Counted from the whole stretch's first letter, positions 20,467-31,381 are shown. The stretch is DNA of 63,943 bases, filler included, from an uncultured bacterium (GCA_964471275.1; 8 parts of 8 records of this genome joined end to end with filler, not necessarily neighbours in it), one strand, 5' to 3'. Translations and numbers: made by a program. Notes: a model not told the origin generated them from the sequence alone.

Positions 20467-21807
20467 ATGGACTACACGCCTCATACCGGGGAAGACATAA
20501 AGACGATGCTTGGCACGCTCGGATTGCTGGACGTGGGTGATCTCATGGCGCCGATCCCCGAATCGCTACGTCTGGAGACCCTCGATCTCCCCCCCGGGAT
20601 CACGGAGATGGAAGCGACCCGGATGGTCGACAGCATCGCCGCCGAGGTCTCAGCCGACGCACCGGAGCTGAGCTTTCTCGGGGCTGGCGCCTATGACCAT
20701 TTCTGCCCGTCTGTTGTCGATTCGATCATTTCGCGTGGAGAGGTCTTCACGGCCTACACGCCGTATCAACCGGAAGTCAGTCAGGGTACACTCCGTGTTA
20801 TCTATGAGTTTCAGACGATGATGTGTGAGATGACCGGCATGGATGTTGCCAACGCATCGATGTATGATGGTGCCTCCGCACTCGCGGAAGCCGTTCTGAT
20901 GGCCGTACGCATCCGGTCGGCCGATCGCGTGATTCTGCCGCGCAGCCTCCATCCCTTCTACCGCCAGGTCGTGGAAACGTATACACGCGGGATCGGACTA
21001 GAAATTGTGCATGCACCGTGGACCTCATTGGGAACGCTTGACCTGAACTGGCTGGCCGATAAGGCAGATGACCGCACAACGGCGGTCGTCGTGCAGAATC
21101 CCAATTTTCTGGGTGTCCTGGAGCCCCTGGACGAGATCGGGTCGCTGCTTGAGGATCGGGCACCGTCGTTCATCGCTGTGGTGAACCCGATAACCCTTGG
21201 GCAGATCGAGCCTCCCGGCACTTATAGCGCGGACATCGTGGTCGGTGACGGCCAGCCTCTTGGATTGCCCCTCAGCTTTGGCGGACCTTACGTCGGATTC
21301 TTCACCGCACGTCAGGAGCATACCCGGAAGATGCCCGGTCGAATCGTCGGACAGACGACCGATCTGAACGGAAAACGCGCTTATGTCCTGACGCTCAAGA
21401 CACGAGAGCAGGACATCCGGCGTGACAAGGCGACTTCAAACATCTGCACCAATCAGACGCTCTGCGGAACGGCCGTGACCGTGTATCTGTCGGCGCTAGG
21501 TCCCCGCGGTCTGGCCGAAGTCGGGGCCCTCAACTGGTCGAGGGCACACTCTGCTCAGGAAGGGCTGCTGTCGATCCCCGGTGTGACCACTCCGTTTGAT
21601 GGACACTTTTTTAATGAATTTGTGTGGAGGACGCCCGTGCCCGCTGTGGAACTGCTCGAACGCGTCAGTCGATCCGGTGTGTCGGCGGGAGTAGACCTGG
21701 GTGTTTACCATCCAGAACTGACCGATTGTGTGCTGACTTGTGCAACCGAGAAGCGATCCCAGGAGGATGTGTCTCGCTTGGTGTCGGCCGTCGGGGGGGC
21801 ACTATGA
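20467..21807 (+). CDS. gcvPA: Glycine dehydrogenase (decarboxylating) subunit 1
   Basis: FLGAGAY, TAYTPYQPEVSQG, NASMYDG, REQDIRRDKATSNICTNQ. Confidence 0.96.
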   Translation: MDYTPHTGEDIKTMLGTLGLLDVGDLMAPIPESLRLETLDLPPGITEMEATRMVDSIAAEVSADAPELSFLGAGAYDHFCPSVVDSIISRGEVFTAYTPYQPEVSQGTLRVIYEFQTMMCEMTGMDVANASMYDGASALAEAVLMAVRIRSADRVILPRSLHPFYRQVVETYTRGIGLEIVHAPWTSLGTLDLNWLADKADDRTTAVVVQNPNFLGVLEPLDEIGSLLEDRAPSFIAVVNPITLGQIEPPGTYSADIVVGDGQPLGLPLSFGGPYVGFFTARQEHTRKMPGRIVGQTTDLNGKRAYVLTLKTREQDIRRDKATSNICTNQTLCGTAVTVYLSALGPRGLAEVGALNWSRAHSAQEGLLSIPGVTTPFDGHFFNEFVWRTPVPAVELLERVSRSGVSAGVDLGVYHPELTDCVLTCATEKRSQEDVSRLVSAVGGAL

Positions 21808-23243
21808 GCGAGAAGATGCTGGCTTTCGAGAAGAGCAATCGTGGCCGTCGGTGCACCAGCTTCCCGGCCAGTGATGCCCCTGATCTGCCGGCCTCAATGA
21901 AGCGTAAGCACGCTCCCCGGCTCCCAGAGGTCAGCGAGCTCGACCTTGTGCGACACTATACGAGTCTCTCTCAGCTCAACTTCAGCATCGATGCGAATTT
22001 CTATCCGCTCGGCTCGTGCACGATGAAATACAACCCGAAGGTACACGAGAAGGCTGCGCGGATTCCCGAGATCGCGGGGATGCATCCACTCGAGCAGAAG
22101 AACCAGCAGACACTTGGCATGATCTGGGAGATGGAACAGGTCCTGAAGGCCGTGACGGGGATGGACACATTTACGTTCCAGCCTGCGGCGGGTGCGCAGG
22201 GCGAATTTGTCGGGATTTCGCTGATCGCGGCCTACCACAGTGCACAGGGCAACGACAAGCAGGTCGTTCTGGTTCCCGACTCTGCTCACGGCACCAACCC
22301 GGCAACGGCCGCGATGTGTGGATACGAGGTCCAGGAAGTCGCATCGACAGAGCGAGGCACGGTCGATGTGTCAGACCTCCGTTCCAAAATGAACGACGGC
22401 GTCGCAGGCCTGATGCTGACGAATCCGAACACGTTCGGTGTTTTTGAGGATCAGATTCAGGAGATCGCCAAAATCGTACACGATGGGGGGGGATTGCTCT
22501 ACTACGATGGGGCGAACATGAACGCATTCCTCGGCCAATGCCAGCCGGGTGGGATGGGGTTCGATGTCGTGCATATCAACCTGCACAAAACGTTTACTAC
22601 GCCGCACGGCGGCGGGGGCCCCGGTTCAGGACCTGTCGGTGTGAAGGATTTTCTGAAGCCCTTCCTTCCGACACCGATTGTCGTTAAAGATGACGGCCAA
22701 TACCGGTTCGATTTCGATCTGCCCGAGTCTATCGGGAAGGTGAGCACGTTCTGGGGCAACTTCGGCATGGTCGTACGTGCGTTTGTGTACTCGAAGATGC
22801 TGGGTGCCGAAGGCATGCGGCGGACGAGCGAAATGGCTGTGTTGAACGCGAACTACGTGACACGCAAGCTCGAGGATGTGTTCGACCGGCCGAAACAGGC
22901 ACAGCCGATGCACGAAGGGGTCCTGTCGGCCGCGCGACAGAAGAAAGAAGCCGGGATCACGGCAACGGATATCGCCAAGCGGCTGATCGATTATGGGATC
23001 CATCCCCCGACAATCTACTTCCCATTGCCCAAGGTCTGTCCAGAGGCGATGCTGATCGAGCCGACGGAGACTGAGAGTCTTGAGGAACTGGACACATTTG
23101 TCTGCGTGATGCGGAAGATCGCGGAAGAGATCGAGTCACAGCCGGAACTGTTGAAGGAAGCGCCGCACGATACTCCCGTTCGGCGAGTCGATGAGGCCAC
23201 GGCCGCCCGGAAGCCCGTCCTGAGGTGGGAGTCGGAAACCTGA
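21804..23243 (+). CDS. gcvPB: Glycine dehydrogenase (decarboxylating) subunit 2
   Basis: YPLGSCTMKYNP, SAHGTNPA, NLHKTFTTPHGGGGPG, IEPTETES. Confidence 0.96.
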   Translation: MSEKMLAFEKSNRGRRCTSFPASDAPDLPASMKRKHAPRLPEVSELDLVRHYTSLSQLNFSIDANFYPLGSCTMKYNPKVHEKAARIPEIAGMHPLEQKNQQTLGMIWEMEQVLKAVTGMDTFTFQPAAGAQGEFVGISLIAAYHSAQGNDKQVVLVPDSAHGTNPATAAMCGYEVQEVASTERGTVDVSDLRSKMNDGVAGLMLTNPNTFGVFEDQIQEIAKIVHDGGGLLYYDGANMNAFLGQCQPGGMGFDVVHINLHKTFTTPHGGGGPGSGPVGVKDFLKPFLPTPIVVKDDGQYRFDFDLPESIGKVSTFWGNFGMVVRAFVYSKMLGAEGMRRTSEMAVLNANYVTRKLEDVFDRPKQAQPMHEGVLSAARQKKEAGITATDIAKRLIDYGIHPPTIYFPLPKVCPEAMLIEPTETESLEELDTFVCVMRKIAEEIESQPELLKEAPHDTPVRRVDEATAARKPVLRWESET

Positions 23244-23262
23244 TCCGTGACAGATAGGCAAG

Positions 23263-23303
23263 GAAGGGGGGAGCATCGCTTGAGGCGATGCTCCCCCCTT
23301 CTT
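23263..23303. terminator. Hairpin terminator between convergent genes
   Basis: GAAGGGGGGAGCATCGC-ttgag-GCGATGCTCCCCCCTTC perfect stem. Confidence 0.8.
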
Positions 23304-23359
23304 CGTTTGCTTACCAGTACCGTCGGGTCGGGGGACCCGGTCTAGTCAGCGGATGTGGA

Positions 23360-23734
23360 TCAGGAAGGCGGACCTGAGAGTTCGATCAGATTTCCGGAGG
23401 GATCCTTGCAGAAGGCGAACGACCGGCCATTGTGCGGTCGCACGCCCGGCCCGCCGACGATCCCGACACCTGCGCTCCGAATCGATGCAACACACGCATC
23501 GAAGTTATCAACCTCGATTGCGAGGTGACGTCTGGTCGGCGGTATGTGCTCTTCGGCAAGGAGCAGATGTAGCTCGATAGATCCACACACAAACCAGGCA
23601 CCCTCGAACTCGTAGTCAGGTCTGTCCAGCGTCGTGAGTCCGAGGATGTTCCCGTAGAAGGCACGGGCGGCCTCAAGATCCCCCACGACCAGGGTAACGT
23701 GATGTATGCCGGATATTGTGAAGGCTTGTGGCAC
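23360..23734 (-). CDS. VOC/glyoxalase family protein
   Basis: IHHVTLVVGDL, FYGNILGL, HLAIEV, DPSGNLIEL. Confidence 0.88.
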   Translation of the reverse strand: MPQAFTISGIHHVTLVVGDLEAARAFYGNILGLTTLDRPDYEFEGAWFVCGSIELHLLLAEEHIPPTRRHLAIEVDNFDACVASIRSAGVGIVGGPGVRPHNGRSFAFCKDPSGNLIELSGPPS

Positions 23735-24615
23735 TATCCCTCTCCCAGATAGACCTTGATTCGGCGCATCCGTGAGGGATGCTTCAGCGCGGAGAGCGCC
23801 TTATCCCGGATCTGACGAACGCGTTCTTTTGTCAGGCTGAATTGGTTGCCGATCTGTTCGAGCGTCATCGGGTCGTCACCGTTGATTCCAAAATACATCT
23901 TCAGGATCTGGGCTTCGCGGGGAGACAGCGTCTCAAGCGCGGATCTGATCTCCTCGACCATGGCGCGGCGCATCACGACGCGCTCGGGACTCTCAGCCTC
24001 CTTGTCCTCGATGATTTCGAGCAGCGAGGTGTCGGGACCTTCTTCCAACGGCGAATCCAGTGAGACGTGCCACCGGGATGCGTCCAGAAGATCCTGAACC
24101 TGCTTGGGCTGCATCTCGGCTATCCTGGCCACTTCCTCTGTATTCGGTTCTCGGCCGAGTTCCTGTTTGAGTCCGGACGCGATGCGCTCGAGTCTGCAGA
24201 GATGCTTGATCTTGTTGACTGGCAGGCGAACCATCCGGGCTTTCTCGGCCAGCGCCGACAGAATGCCCTGGCGGATCCACCAAACGGCGTAGGTGGTGAA
24301 TTTAACGCCGACTGTTTCATCGTAACGCGTTGCCGCGCGGACAAGGCCGACATTGCCCTCGGCGATCAGATCCTCCAGCGGCAGGCCTCTTCCCTGATAC
24401 TCCTTGGCGATTGTGATGACGAACCGAAGGTTCGATTCGACCATCTTCTCCAGACTTCTTCGGTCTCCGGATCGGATCCGGACAGCGAGATCAAACTCCT
24501 GCTGAGGCGTGAGCAGGTTGTTGTACGCGATATCCTTCAGATACAGCTCAAGGGCGGTTCTTCTTCGATTCTGAGCCTTTGCATCTTCTCTCCGGCTCGC
24601 GGCTGTTGCTGGCAT
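23734..24615 (-). CDS. RNA polymerase sigma70 factor, RpoD/SigA family (no region 1.1)
   Basis: SNLRFV, DLIAEGNVGL, KFTTYAVWWIRQ, TLEQIG...TKERVRQI. Confidence 0.93.
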   Translation of the reverse strand: MPATAASRREDAKAQNRRRTALELYLKDIAYNNLLTPQQEFDLAVRIRSGDRRSLEKMVESNLRFVITIAKEYQGRGLPLEDLIAEGNVGLVRAATRYDETVGVKFTTYAVWWIRQGILSALAEKARMVRLPVNKIKHLCRLERIASGLKQELGREPNTEEVARIAEMQPKQVQDLLDASRWHVSLDSPLEEGPDTSLLEIIEDKEAESPERVVMRRAMVEEIRSALETLSPREAQILKMYFGINGDDPMTLEQIGNQFSLTKERVRQIRDKALSALKHPSRMRRIKVYLGEG

Positions 24616-24964
24616 GCGGTCCCCCTGAATACTCGTATACGACACAACGCATCCATTGCATTGATCGCGGATTCGAAAACAATAGCGTCCTGCGATCGTC
24701 CCGAATGGAACGAGATTCTGACTTCTGCTACGAGGTGCTACCTGGGGAATCCGTGGGAAATTCGACCGACCGTCTGCAAACGGCTGCTCAGCGCCTGGGA
24801 AAGGGTGACAGCCTGATAGGGGTATTCGGTGCGGAACGAGCCGCTTGGGGAAGCAACTGTCCTGCTGCAGACGATGTGATCAGGTCCGGGTAGGGATCCG
24901 AACCCATATTGCTGAACTGTTAACTTTGTGCGATAACCCTCCTTGTCTAGTTGGGTTCGAGACC

Positions 24965-25620
24965 TTACTTCTCGACTTTTCGTAACAGTCTCGGACGCAA
25001 AATCTTCAGCATTCTTGCTGCCTTGTTCTTGTTCCAGTCCGTGGCTTTGAGTGTGTGGTCGATCAGCCGTCTCTCGACCTCTTCGAAGGTGACGCCCTCT
25101 TGGGGGAAGTCGATCACCAACTTCTGGCCGTTCCACGTCCTGGTTGCGAGCGAATTCGTCTGCCGGATGCTGACCGGGATCATATTCGGCTGCAGCATCT
25201 CTGCGTCGTGCGGGAGCCCAGTGAGTAGGCCCGGCCGAACTCCTCCATAAAACTGGTCGCAAGAAGGACGACGTCGTCGCCTCACTTACGCAAGGATGCC
25301 AGGTTGATCTGGGTTTCGTTGAGCCTGTAGTAAAGGCCCTCGCGAAAGTCCTGCTCCCTCGTGGCCTGTTCGAGATCCACGTTCGTACTCGCTATGACCC
25401 GTCCGCAAGCTCGATGAGCCAGCGTTTCCGTCGATCCGCTCCTGTGTAGGCTCCCTTTTCGTAACCAAACAGCTCAGAACCGAGCAGGTGTTCGGGGATG
25501 GCGGCGCAATTGACTTCAACGAAGAGCTCATCACCCATGGTGCTATTCTCGTGGATGGTTCTGGCGAAGACTTCCTTACCCGTGCCTGTCTCGCTACAGA
25601 TCAGAACTGAGATCTCACGA
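24965..25620 (-). pseudogene. sigma54-dependent enhancer-binding protein (NtrC/Fis family) remnant
   Basis: [37 protein letters not shown], then a deletion/frameshift removing Walker B, then [20 protein letters not shown] and the Fis HTH (WNKNKAARML). Confidence 0.88.
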
Positions 25621-25844
25621 TCCCGTCACACGGGCGTGATTCAGGTCGAAGATTTCCTGTATAGCTGGGTTGATACCAATGATGCGACTGAAGTCAGACA
25701 TTTTTCCCAGGGGATTAACGTGGCTTTTGGGGCTCAAGGGGAACTAATTGTTGAGAAAATGCCACGTCGAGCATTAAGCAAGATAATACGGCCATCTGCG
25801 TTTGTCAACAGAGAGCGTTGAAAAAACACCATTTAGGTCGATTC

Positions 25845-25873
25845 TTGACATTAGACAACAGGCCGAATAGATT
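25845..25873 (+). promoter_or_regulatory. sigma70-like promoter facing contig end
   Basis: TTGACA, 17 nt, TAGATT (same hexamers as the pfk promoter). Confidence 0.5.
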
Positions 25874-26012
25874 CCTCCATGGATTAGTCATGGTGTTCTG
25901 TTTTGGGATCCTNNNNNNNNNNNNNNNNNNNNNNNNNNNNNNNNNNNNNNNNNNNNTTAATTAATTAANNNNNNNNNNNNNNNNNNNNNNNNNNNNNNNN
26001 NNNNNNNNNNNN

Positions 26013-26444
26013 TTTGATTTCAAACCCGAAGGACTCATATAGATGGCGTGCTCGGTCATTCGTTGCGGTCACCACCAGACCGATATCGTTGATCCCGTGC
26101 CCCAGCAAATAGTCGAGTAAATGTTCCGTCAGCTGTCGACCGATCCCCTGGTCACGAAATTTCTGCACAACGTAGATAGCGGTGATGAAGCCCGTTCGTT
26201 GCAGTCCGTCGACATTGGCGAAGACATAGCCGATCGACCGACCTTCGTCGAAGGCACAGAAGCTAGCGCCTTGTGCGCGCTCCAACTTGTTTCGGTTATT
26301 ATTTAGCGAATCCCGGACAAGTTGAAACAGTCCTTCCTCTTTGCTTCGACGAACCGTTCCCGAATCGATGGACATTTCTCGTTCGGCTTCTTCAACAAGT
26401 CTGCGATCAGCTGTGAAGTCGGTCGTTCTGATCTCTACAGACAC
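26013..26444 (-). CDS. GNAT family N-acetyltransferase (3' truncated)
   Basis: IYVVQKFRDQGIGRQL, NDRARHLYESFGF. Confidence 0.85.
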
Positions 26445-26490
26445 GGTACTCGCTCTCCGGTCCCGATTCTCGCGATCACTATTGGAAATC

Positions 26491-26960
26491 TTACCACGAA
26501 AGACACGAAAAGCACAAAAGGAGAAGAATGTCCAGACGTTTCGTATTAAACGATGATCCGCTCAGCCTTCGCTTTTGCGATAAGATCCTAGGTTCACGAC
26601 CAGACCCAGCCTGAGACCGGTGGCCTTGAGATAGTTCATCAGTTGGGTCTTGTGTTCGGGTGCTATTGCCTTGGTTGCCTTAAGCTCCACGATGATCTTG
26701 TCATAGCATACCAGATCAGGTTTGCACTTCTGATTGAGCTGTTCTCCTTTGTTGAGTACTCAACTCCTTCTGAGCTAGGAACGGCACATCACGATGGTAC
26801 AGCTCCTTCTCCAGACACTCTTGGTAGACCGATTCCAGGAACCCCGCCCCCATCTCTCGATACACGTCAAAAACTGCTCCCTGTATCGCATAGACTTCCT
26901 CTTTATAAAGCAACCCACCCAAGATGCCTTCCCTTTTCGCGTCTTTCGTGTCTTTCGTGA
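26491..26960. repeat. Inverted 9-mer repeat arms flanking a GxxExxY gene
   Basis: CACGAAAGA-CACGAAAAG-CACAAAAG at ~26495-26520 and its inverse CTTTTCGCG-TCTTTCGTG-TCTTTCGTG at ~26933-26959. Confidence 0.75.
26546..26922 (-). pseudogene. GxxExxY protein (PD-(D/E)xK-like) pseudogene
   Basis: GAGFLESVYQECL, then a frameshift, then KPDLVCYDKIIVELKA..QLMNYLKATGLRLGLVVNLG, then another frameshift. Confidence 0.88.
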
Positions 26961-26967
26961 TGGGCCT

Positions 26968-28830
26968 CTAGTAGTAACGTTCCTTCTTCACGTCCTCCTC
27001 ATACTGCGCCCGGATCGCCTGAACCTCCGGATCCGTCGACACCTCTGCAACCGGTACATCCCACCACGACTCGTATCCGCCGACCCGCACTTCCCGATCG
27101 ACCTCCACAAAAATCACCGTCGTCCGGTCGTTCCCCTTCGCCTCTTCTAGCGCGTTGGCCAACCCCTCTTTTCCCTCTGGCTTCAGCACGATCGCACCAA
27201 GGCTCTCCGCGTTCGCCGCGAGGTCCGTCGGGACATTCCCACCGTCGAGCTGGCCGGTTTGACCGTTCCGCATCCGGAACCTCGTTCCGAACTCTTCCGC
27301 CCCTACCGAACCAGACAGCCCGCCAATGCTCGCGTGACCGTGGTTATCCAGTAACACGACTGTCAGCTTGTAGCCTTCCTGAACAGACGTCATAATCTCC
27401 TGCGCAAGCATCAGATACGATCCATCACCGACCATTACGTAGACCTCGCGTGAGGGATCCGCCATCTTCACGCCGAGCCCACCCGCGATCTCATACCCCA
27501 TGCACGAATAGCCATACTCGAGATGATACTGCTTGGGGTCGCGCGTTCGCCACAGCTTGTGCAGATCGCCGGGCATGCTTCCCGCAGCACAGACCATCAC
27601 ATCCCGATCCGACGTCGCGTCATCCACCGCGCCGATCACTTCTCCCTGACTCAGAATCGGTCGGTGATTCAGGTTGTAGATTCGATCCACTTCAGCATCC
27701 CATTCGCCCTGGAACTGTTTCACGCGTGCTGAGTAATCGTCGTCCACCCGGTAACCCTGAAGCGCGTCGATCAACTCTTCGATCGCGACCTTCGCGTCGG
27801 CGACAAGTCCTACCGCATTGTGCTTCGCCGCATCGAAGGCCGAAATATTGATCGACACAAACGCGACGTCCGGGTCCTGGAACGCCGTCTTCGACGCTGT
27901 CGTAAAATCGCTCAATCGTGTACCGATGGTGATCACCAGATCGGCTTCGCGTGCCAGGACGTTCGCCCCTGGTGTTCCCGTCGCACCGACAGCACCCAGT
28001 GCTCCCTGTGCGTCGTAGCGTAGAGAGCCCTTCCCGGCCATCGTCTCACTGACAGGGATGCCAGTTACCTCGACAAGACGTCCCAGCGTCTCTGTTGCCT
28101 CACTGTAGATGACGCCTCCGCCAGCGATGATCATCGGGCGTTTGCTCCCCTTGATCATCCGTGCTGCTCTTGCCAGGAGCTCCCGGTCAGGTCTCGGTCG
28201 CGGCACTGTCCACAACCGCTTCTCGAACAACGATTCCGGATACTCAAACGCTTCAGCCTGCGTATCCTGCGGAAGCGCCAGCGTTACAGCCCCTGTTTCC
28301 GCCGGAGATGTCAGGACTCGCATCGCCTCGGGTAGAGCCGTGATCGCTTGATCCGTTCGGTTCAGACGATCCCAGTATCGGCTGACAGGCTTGAAGCAGT
28401 CGTTGACGGAAATGTCCTGGCTACCTTCGTGCTCCAACTGCTGAAGCACTGGCGCCACGATACGTTTCGCAAAAATGTCACCGGGAAGCAGCAACACGGG
28501 CAGCCGGTTGACCGTCGCCGTCGCCGCACCTGTAATCATGTTCGTCGCGCCCGGTCCGATGGACGCCGCACAAGCGAACGTGCCCAGCCTGTTCTTCATC
28601 TTGGCATACGCGATCGCGGTATGGACCATCGCCTGCTCGTTCCGCGTCTGGTGGAATCTGAACTCATCCTGATACTGATTGAGTGCCTGTCCCAGACCGG
28701 CCACATTCCCGTGCCCGAAGATTCCGAACATCCCCGCGAAGAACGGATGCTCCTCCCCATCCCGCGACACGTGCTGCTCCTTCAAGAACTGCACAATCGC
28801 CTGCGCCATAGTCAGTTTGCGTGTCTTCAT
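26968..28830 (-). CDS. iolD: 3D-(3,5/4)-trihydroxycyclohexane-1,2-dione acylhydrolase
   Basis: LTMAQA, GIFGHGNVAGLGQAL, RNEQAMVH, YHLEYGYSCMGYEIAG, SWWDVPVAEVS. Confidence 0.96.
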   Translation of the reverse strand: MKTRKLTMAQAIVQFLKEQHVSRDGEEHPFFAGMFGIFGHGNVAGLGQALNQYQDEFRFHQTRNEQAMVHTAIAYAKMKNRLGTFACAASIGPGATNMITGAATATVNRLPVLLLPGDIFAKRIVAPVLQQLEHEGSQDISVNDCFKPVSRYWDRLNRTDQAITALPEAMRVLTSPAETGAVTLALPQDTQAEAFEYPESLFEKRLWTVPRPRPDRELLARAARMIKGSKRPMIIAGGGVIYSEATETLGRLVEVTGIPVSETMAGKGSLRYDAQGALGAVGATGTPGANVLAREADLVITIGTRLSDFTTASKTAFQDPDVAFVSINISAFDAAKHNAVGLVADAKVAIEELIDALQGYRVDDDYSARVKQFQGEWDAEVDRIYNLNHRPILSQGEVIGAVDDATSDRDVMVCAAGSMPGDLHKLWRTRDPKQYHLEYGYSCMGYEIAGGLGVKMADPSREVYVMVGDGSYLMLAQEIMTSVQEGYKLTVVLLDNHGHASIGGLSGSVGAEEFGTRFRMRNGQTGQLDGGNVPTDLAANAESLGAIVLKPEGKEGLANALEEAKGNDRTTVIFVEVDREVRVGGYESWWDVPVAEVSTDPEVQAIRAQYEEDVKKERYY

Positions 28831-29108
28831 AGAAACCCCATTCTGGTGTTAAGTCGCAAGGGGCAGAGCGCACGGCACAGAGCAAGGCAGTGCGACTGCA
28901 TAGGCTTCAGCCGTCTCGAGATGCATCAGAATCAGATTGATCCCTTGATCGATGTGTGGTCCCGTGAATTGTGTAGCGGCAGACTTGTCCTCCCGACCAC
29001 CTTCACCGTCACGGCTCCCCTGCCCTGGCTTGTGCTTCCCCCCAGTGCTGTGCACTCTGCCCTTGCCCCATCTTCAGCCAAACAGTCGGCTCGGGCGCTC
29101 CCCAAACA

Positions 29109-30017
29109 CTAAATCCCCTGGCCTTTCAGGAATTCCCGGTTCCGCTTCGCGCTCTCCAACGGGTGTCCGCTGCCAGGTAAGATATCCTGTTCGACAACAA
29201 TCCACCCGTCGTAGCCGACCTCCTCGAGTGCCTCGGTAATATCCGGGAAGTCGACGTGACTCTCTTCCAGCTCGCAGAACACGCCCCGCTCGATCGCCTG
29301 ATGGTAATTCATCTCTCGTATACGCGCTTCCGCAGCAATGTTTGCGTTGTAGCCTTTGTAGTGGACGTGCCAGATCCGCTCCCCATACCGCCTGATCAAC
29401 TGAGCGGGATCACCGCCGCCATAGCTGTAATGTGCCGTGTCGACGCACAGACCGAGGATGTTCGGTTGCGTGACCTCCAGCAGGAACTCGATCTCTTGAG
29501 GGGTCTCGATAAAGGTTCCACAATGTGGATGAAACGCCGTCTTCAGACCCGTTACATCCAGTACCTGATTCGCGATCTGATTGGCGGTCTGGGCGGCGTA
29601 CTCCCACGAATCGTGCTCCATTGTGTCTTCTGGCTGGATGCGACCGGCGTTCTGCGTCCGCATCGGGTGCGAGCAGATCGAATCACACAGTACGATCACG
29701 CCATTCTGCCCACCTACTTCCGACAACAGTTTCGCTGACTCCAGAACCTGCTGATCGCCAACAAAACCCAGCTCAGGTTCAGACAGGTTCACCACGTTGA
29801 AGCTCGCGACCAGCTCCAGATCCCGATCGAAAAGCTCCGCACGAAGCTCATCCGGATCGCTCGGCAGGAAGCCGATATCCCCCAGCTCGGTCCCCGTGTA
29901 TTCCGCTTCCGCCATCTCATCCAAAACGACCCCGGAGTCCGGTGACGTCCCTTCGACTTCGTAATCCAGTACCCCCCACGAACAGGGCGCGTTTGCGACT
30001 CCCAGAAACTGCGACAT
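29109..30017 (-). CDS. iolE: myo-inosose-2 dehydratase-like TIM barrel
   Basis: ANAPCSWG, TELG, FHPHCGT..ETP.EI, DTAH, FCEL, GWIVVEQD; upstream of iolD. Confidence 0.75.
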   Translation of the reverse strand: MSQFLGVANAPCSWGVLDYEVEGTSPDSGVVLDEMAEAEYTGTELGDIGFLPSDPDELRAELFDRDLELVASFNVVNLSEPELGFVGDQQVLESAKLLSEVGGQNGVIVLCDSICSHPMRTQNAGRIQPEDTMEHDSWEYAAQTANQIANQVLDVTGLKTAFHPHCGTFIETPQEIEFLLEVTQPNILGLCVDTAHYSYGGGDPAQLIRRYGERIWHVHYKGYNANIAAEARIREMNYHQAIERGVFCELEESHVDFPDITEALEEVGYDGWIVVEQDILPGSGHPLESAKRNREFLKGQGI

Positions 30018-31381
30018 ATAACCCCAACCTTGGCAAATCTGATTAACGGACTGTGAGAAGGTTGTGGAATATACCACGGTTGAGGAGGGGTGTCAGCACT
30101 CGGTGGACCAGACGGGTGCTGATTGCTGAACTTTTCGATTTCCATCTCTGGATTATTCCAACAAGTCTTCATTATTCAGCTGTTTACAATCGCTTCAAAG
30201 AACTTCACTTTCTGCGTTGACATTCACTTACTCTGGCCCCGAGCGGCTGTAACGTCCGACAGCCACGTGGAATGTGGTACTAGGCTGTCTCGCAGATCTG
30301 AGGAAACCTTTGGAGCAATCTCGATCGGGAGCCTCACTCATCGCTGCACGTCGGCAGGTCGGCCCTGGAGTGTGCTGATTCACAATGGTTTACAATTAGA
30401 AATTGGAATTGAATATCGAACCAGAAACCTGATCCCGAGTTTACTGCCAAGCGAGACGATGTTTGGCAGACGCCTCATCCAGAGCGTCATCTCGGATTTG
30501 AGCAGCGGCACCCATTGTCCGGTTCACGCTCGAGCCGCCACTGAAGGCTCGGTTAATCGACCGGTTCGGTTGGGACTATACTCCTGGCTGCCGAGTCTAA
30601 ATCGGTCTGGCCTCATATCGAGGGAATCCTGTGTGGTAGGCGGCTTCTGGCGGATCAAGGTTAGTGTTTGGGGGTAGGACCTCATTCTGGCGATATTGCT
30701 ACGTATGCTTCAGGTAGCTTGTACCCATTCAGGAATGCCCTGTGGCCCTTCCGCTGAAAAGCCTGCGTGAAGCCAAAACCATGCTGATCCCACCGAACAA
30801 CGACCGTCCAAACAGCGGTCTGCGTGAAGGGAATGTCACTCGCGCAGAGGTCAACGCAGCAATCTCCCAGGCGAAGGCTCGATCTCGCTTGGCGAAAACG
30901 TCTGTGATCAAGTCGATTCCCTGGCCGGACTCCTACCGGCGAGGCCCTACGGTCTCAACTCGGACCCCCAGGGCGTTATCCGTCGTCACAACGCCTACCG
31001 TGACCTTCACAAGAACCAGCCCGACAGCGGGGAATTGTTCTCCCACCTGATCGGCTATTCTGATCCGCTTGAATAACGGGGAGAACTACGAACAGATCTG
31101 TGAACGAATCACGCCGCTTGCTCACAGGGCCACAGCAGAGCTGGAAGATCTGGTCGACAAACTCAACCCGAACGACCCGGGCAAGAAGGCAATCTTCGCT
31201 GCTGCCAGAGAAGCTCTCACCATCGCTGCCTTCACCCAGGTTTGAACTTCGTGCCGATATCGTCTGCCATCTCCCCTGTTCGCATTGACAACCAGTCGCA
31301 CCCGAGGGTAGGGTTCGAGAAATCGTTTCGTGCCTTTCCAGCCTCTCACCTGCCGTGCACTTTACGCCAAGCTCTCTGCCT

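Noticed and set aside
30123..30677. 184-aa plus-strand ORF
   Set aside because: No RBS, atypical composition and no motifs; probably non-coding or decayed DNA
31048..31050. In-frame TGA followed by an open frame (possible selenocysteine)
   Set aside because: No redox motif or recognisable selenoprotein context; frameshifted decay explains it better
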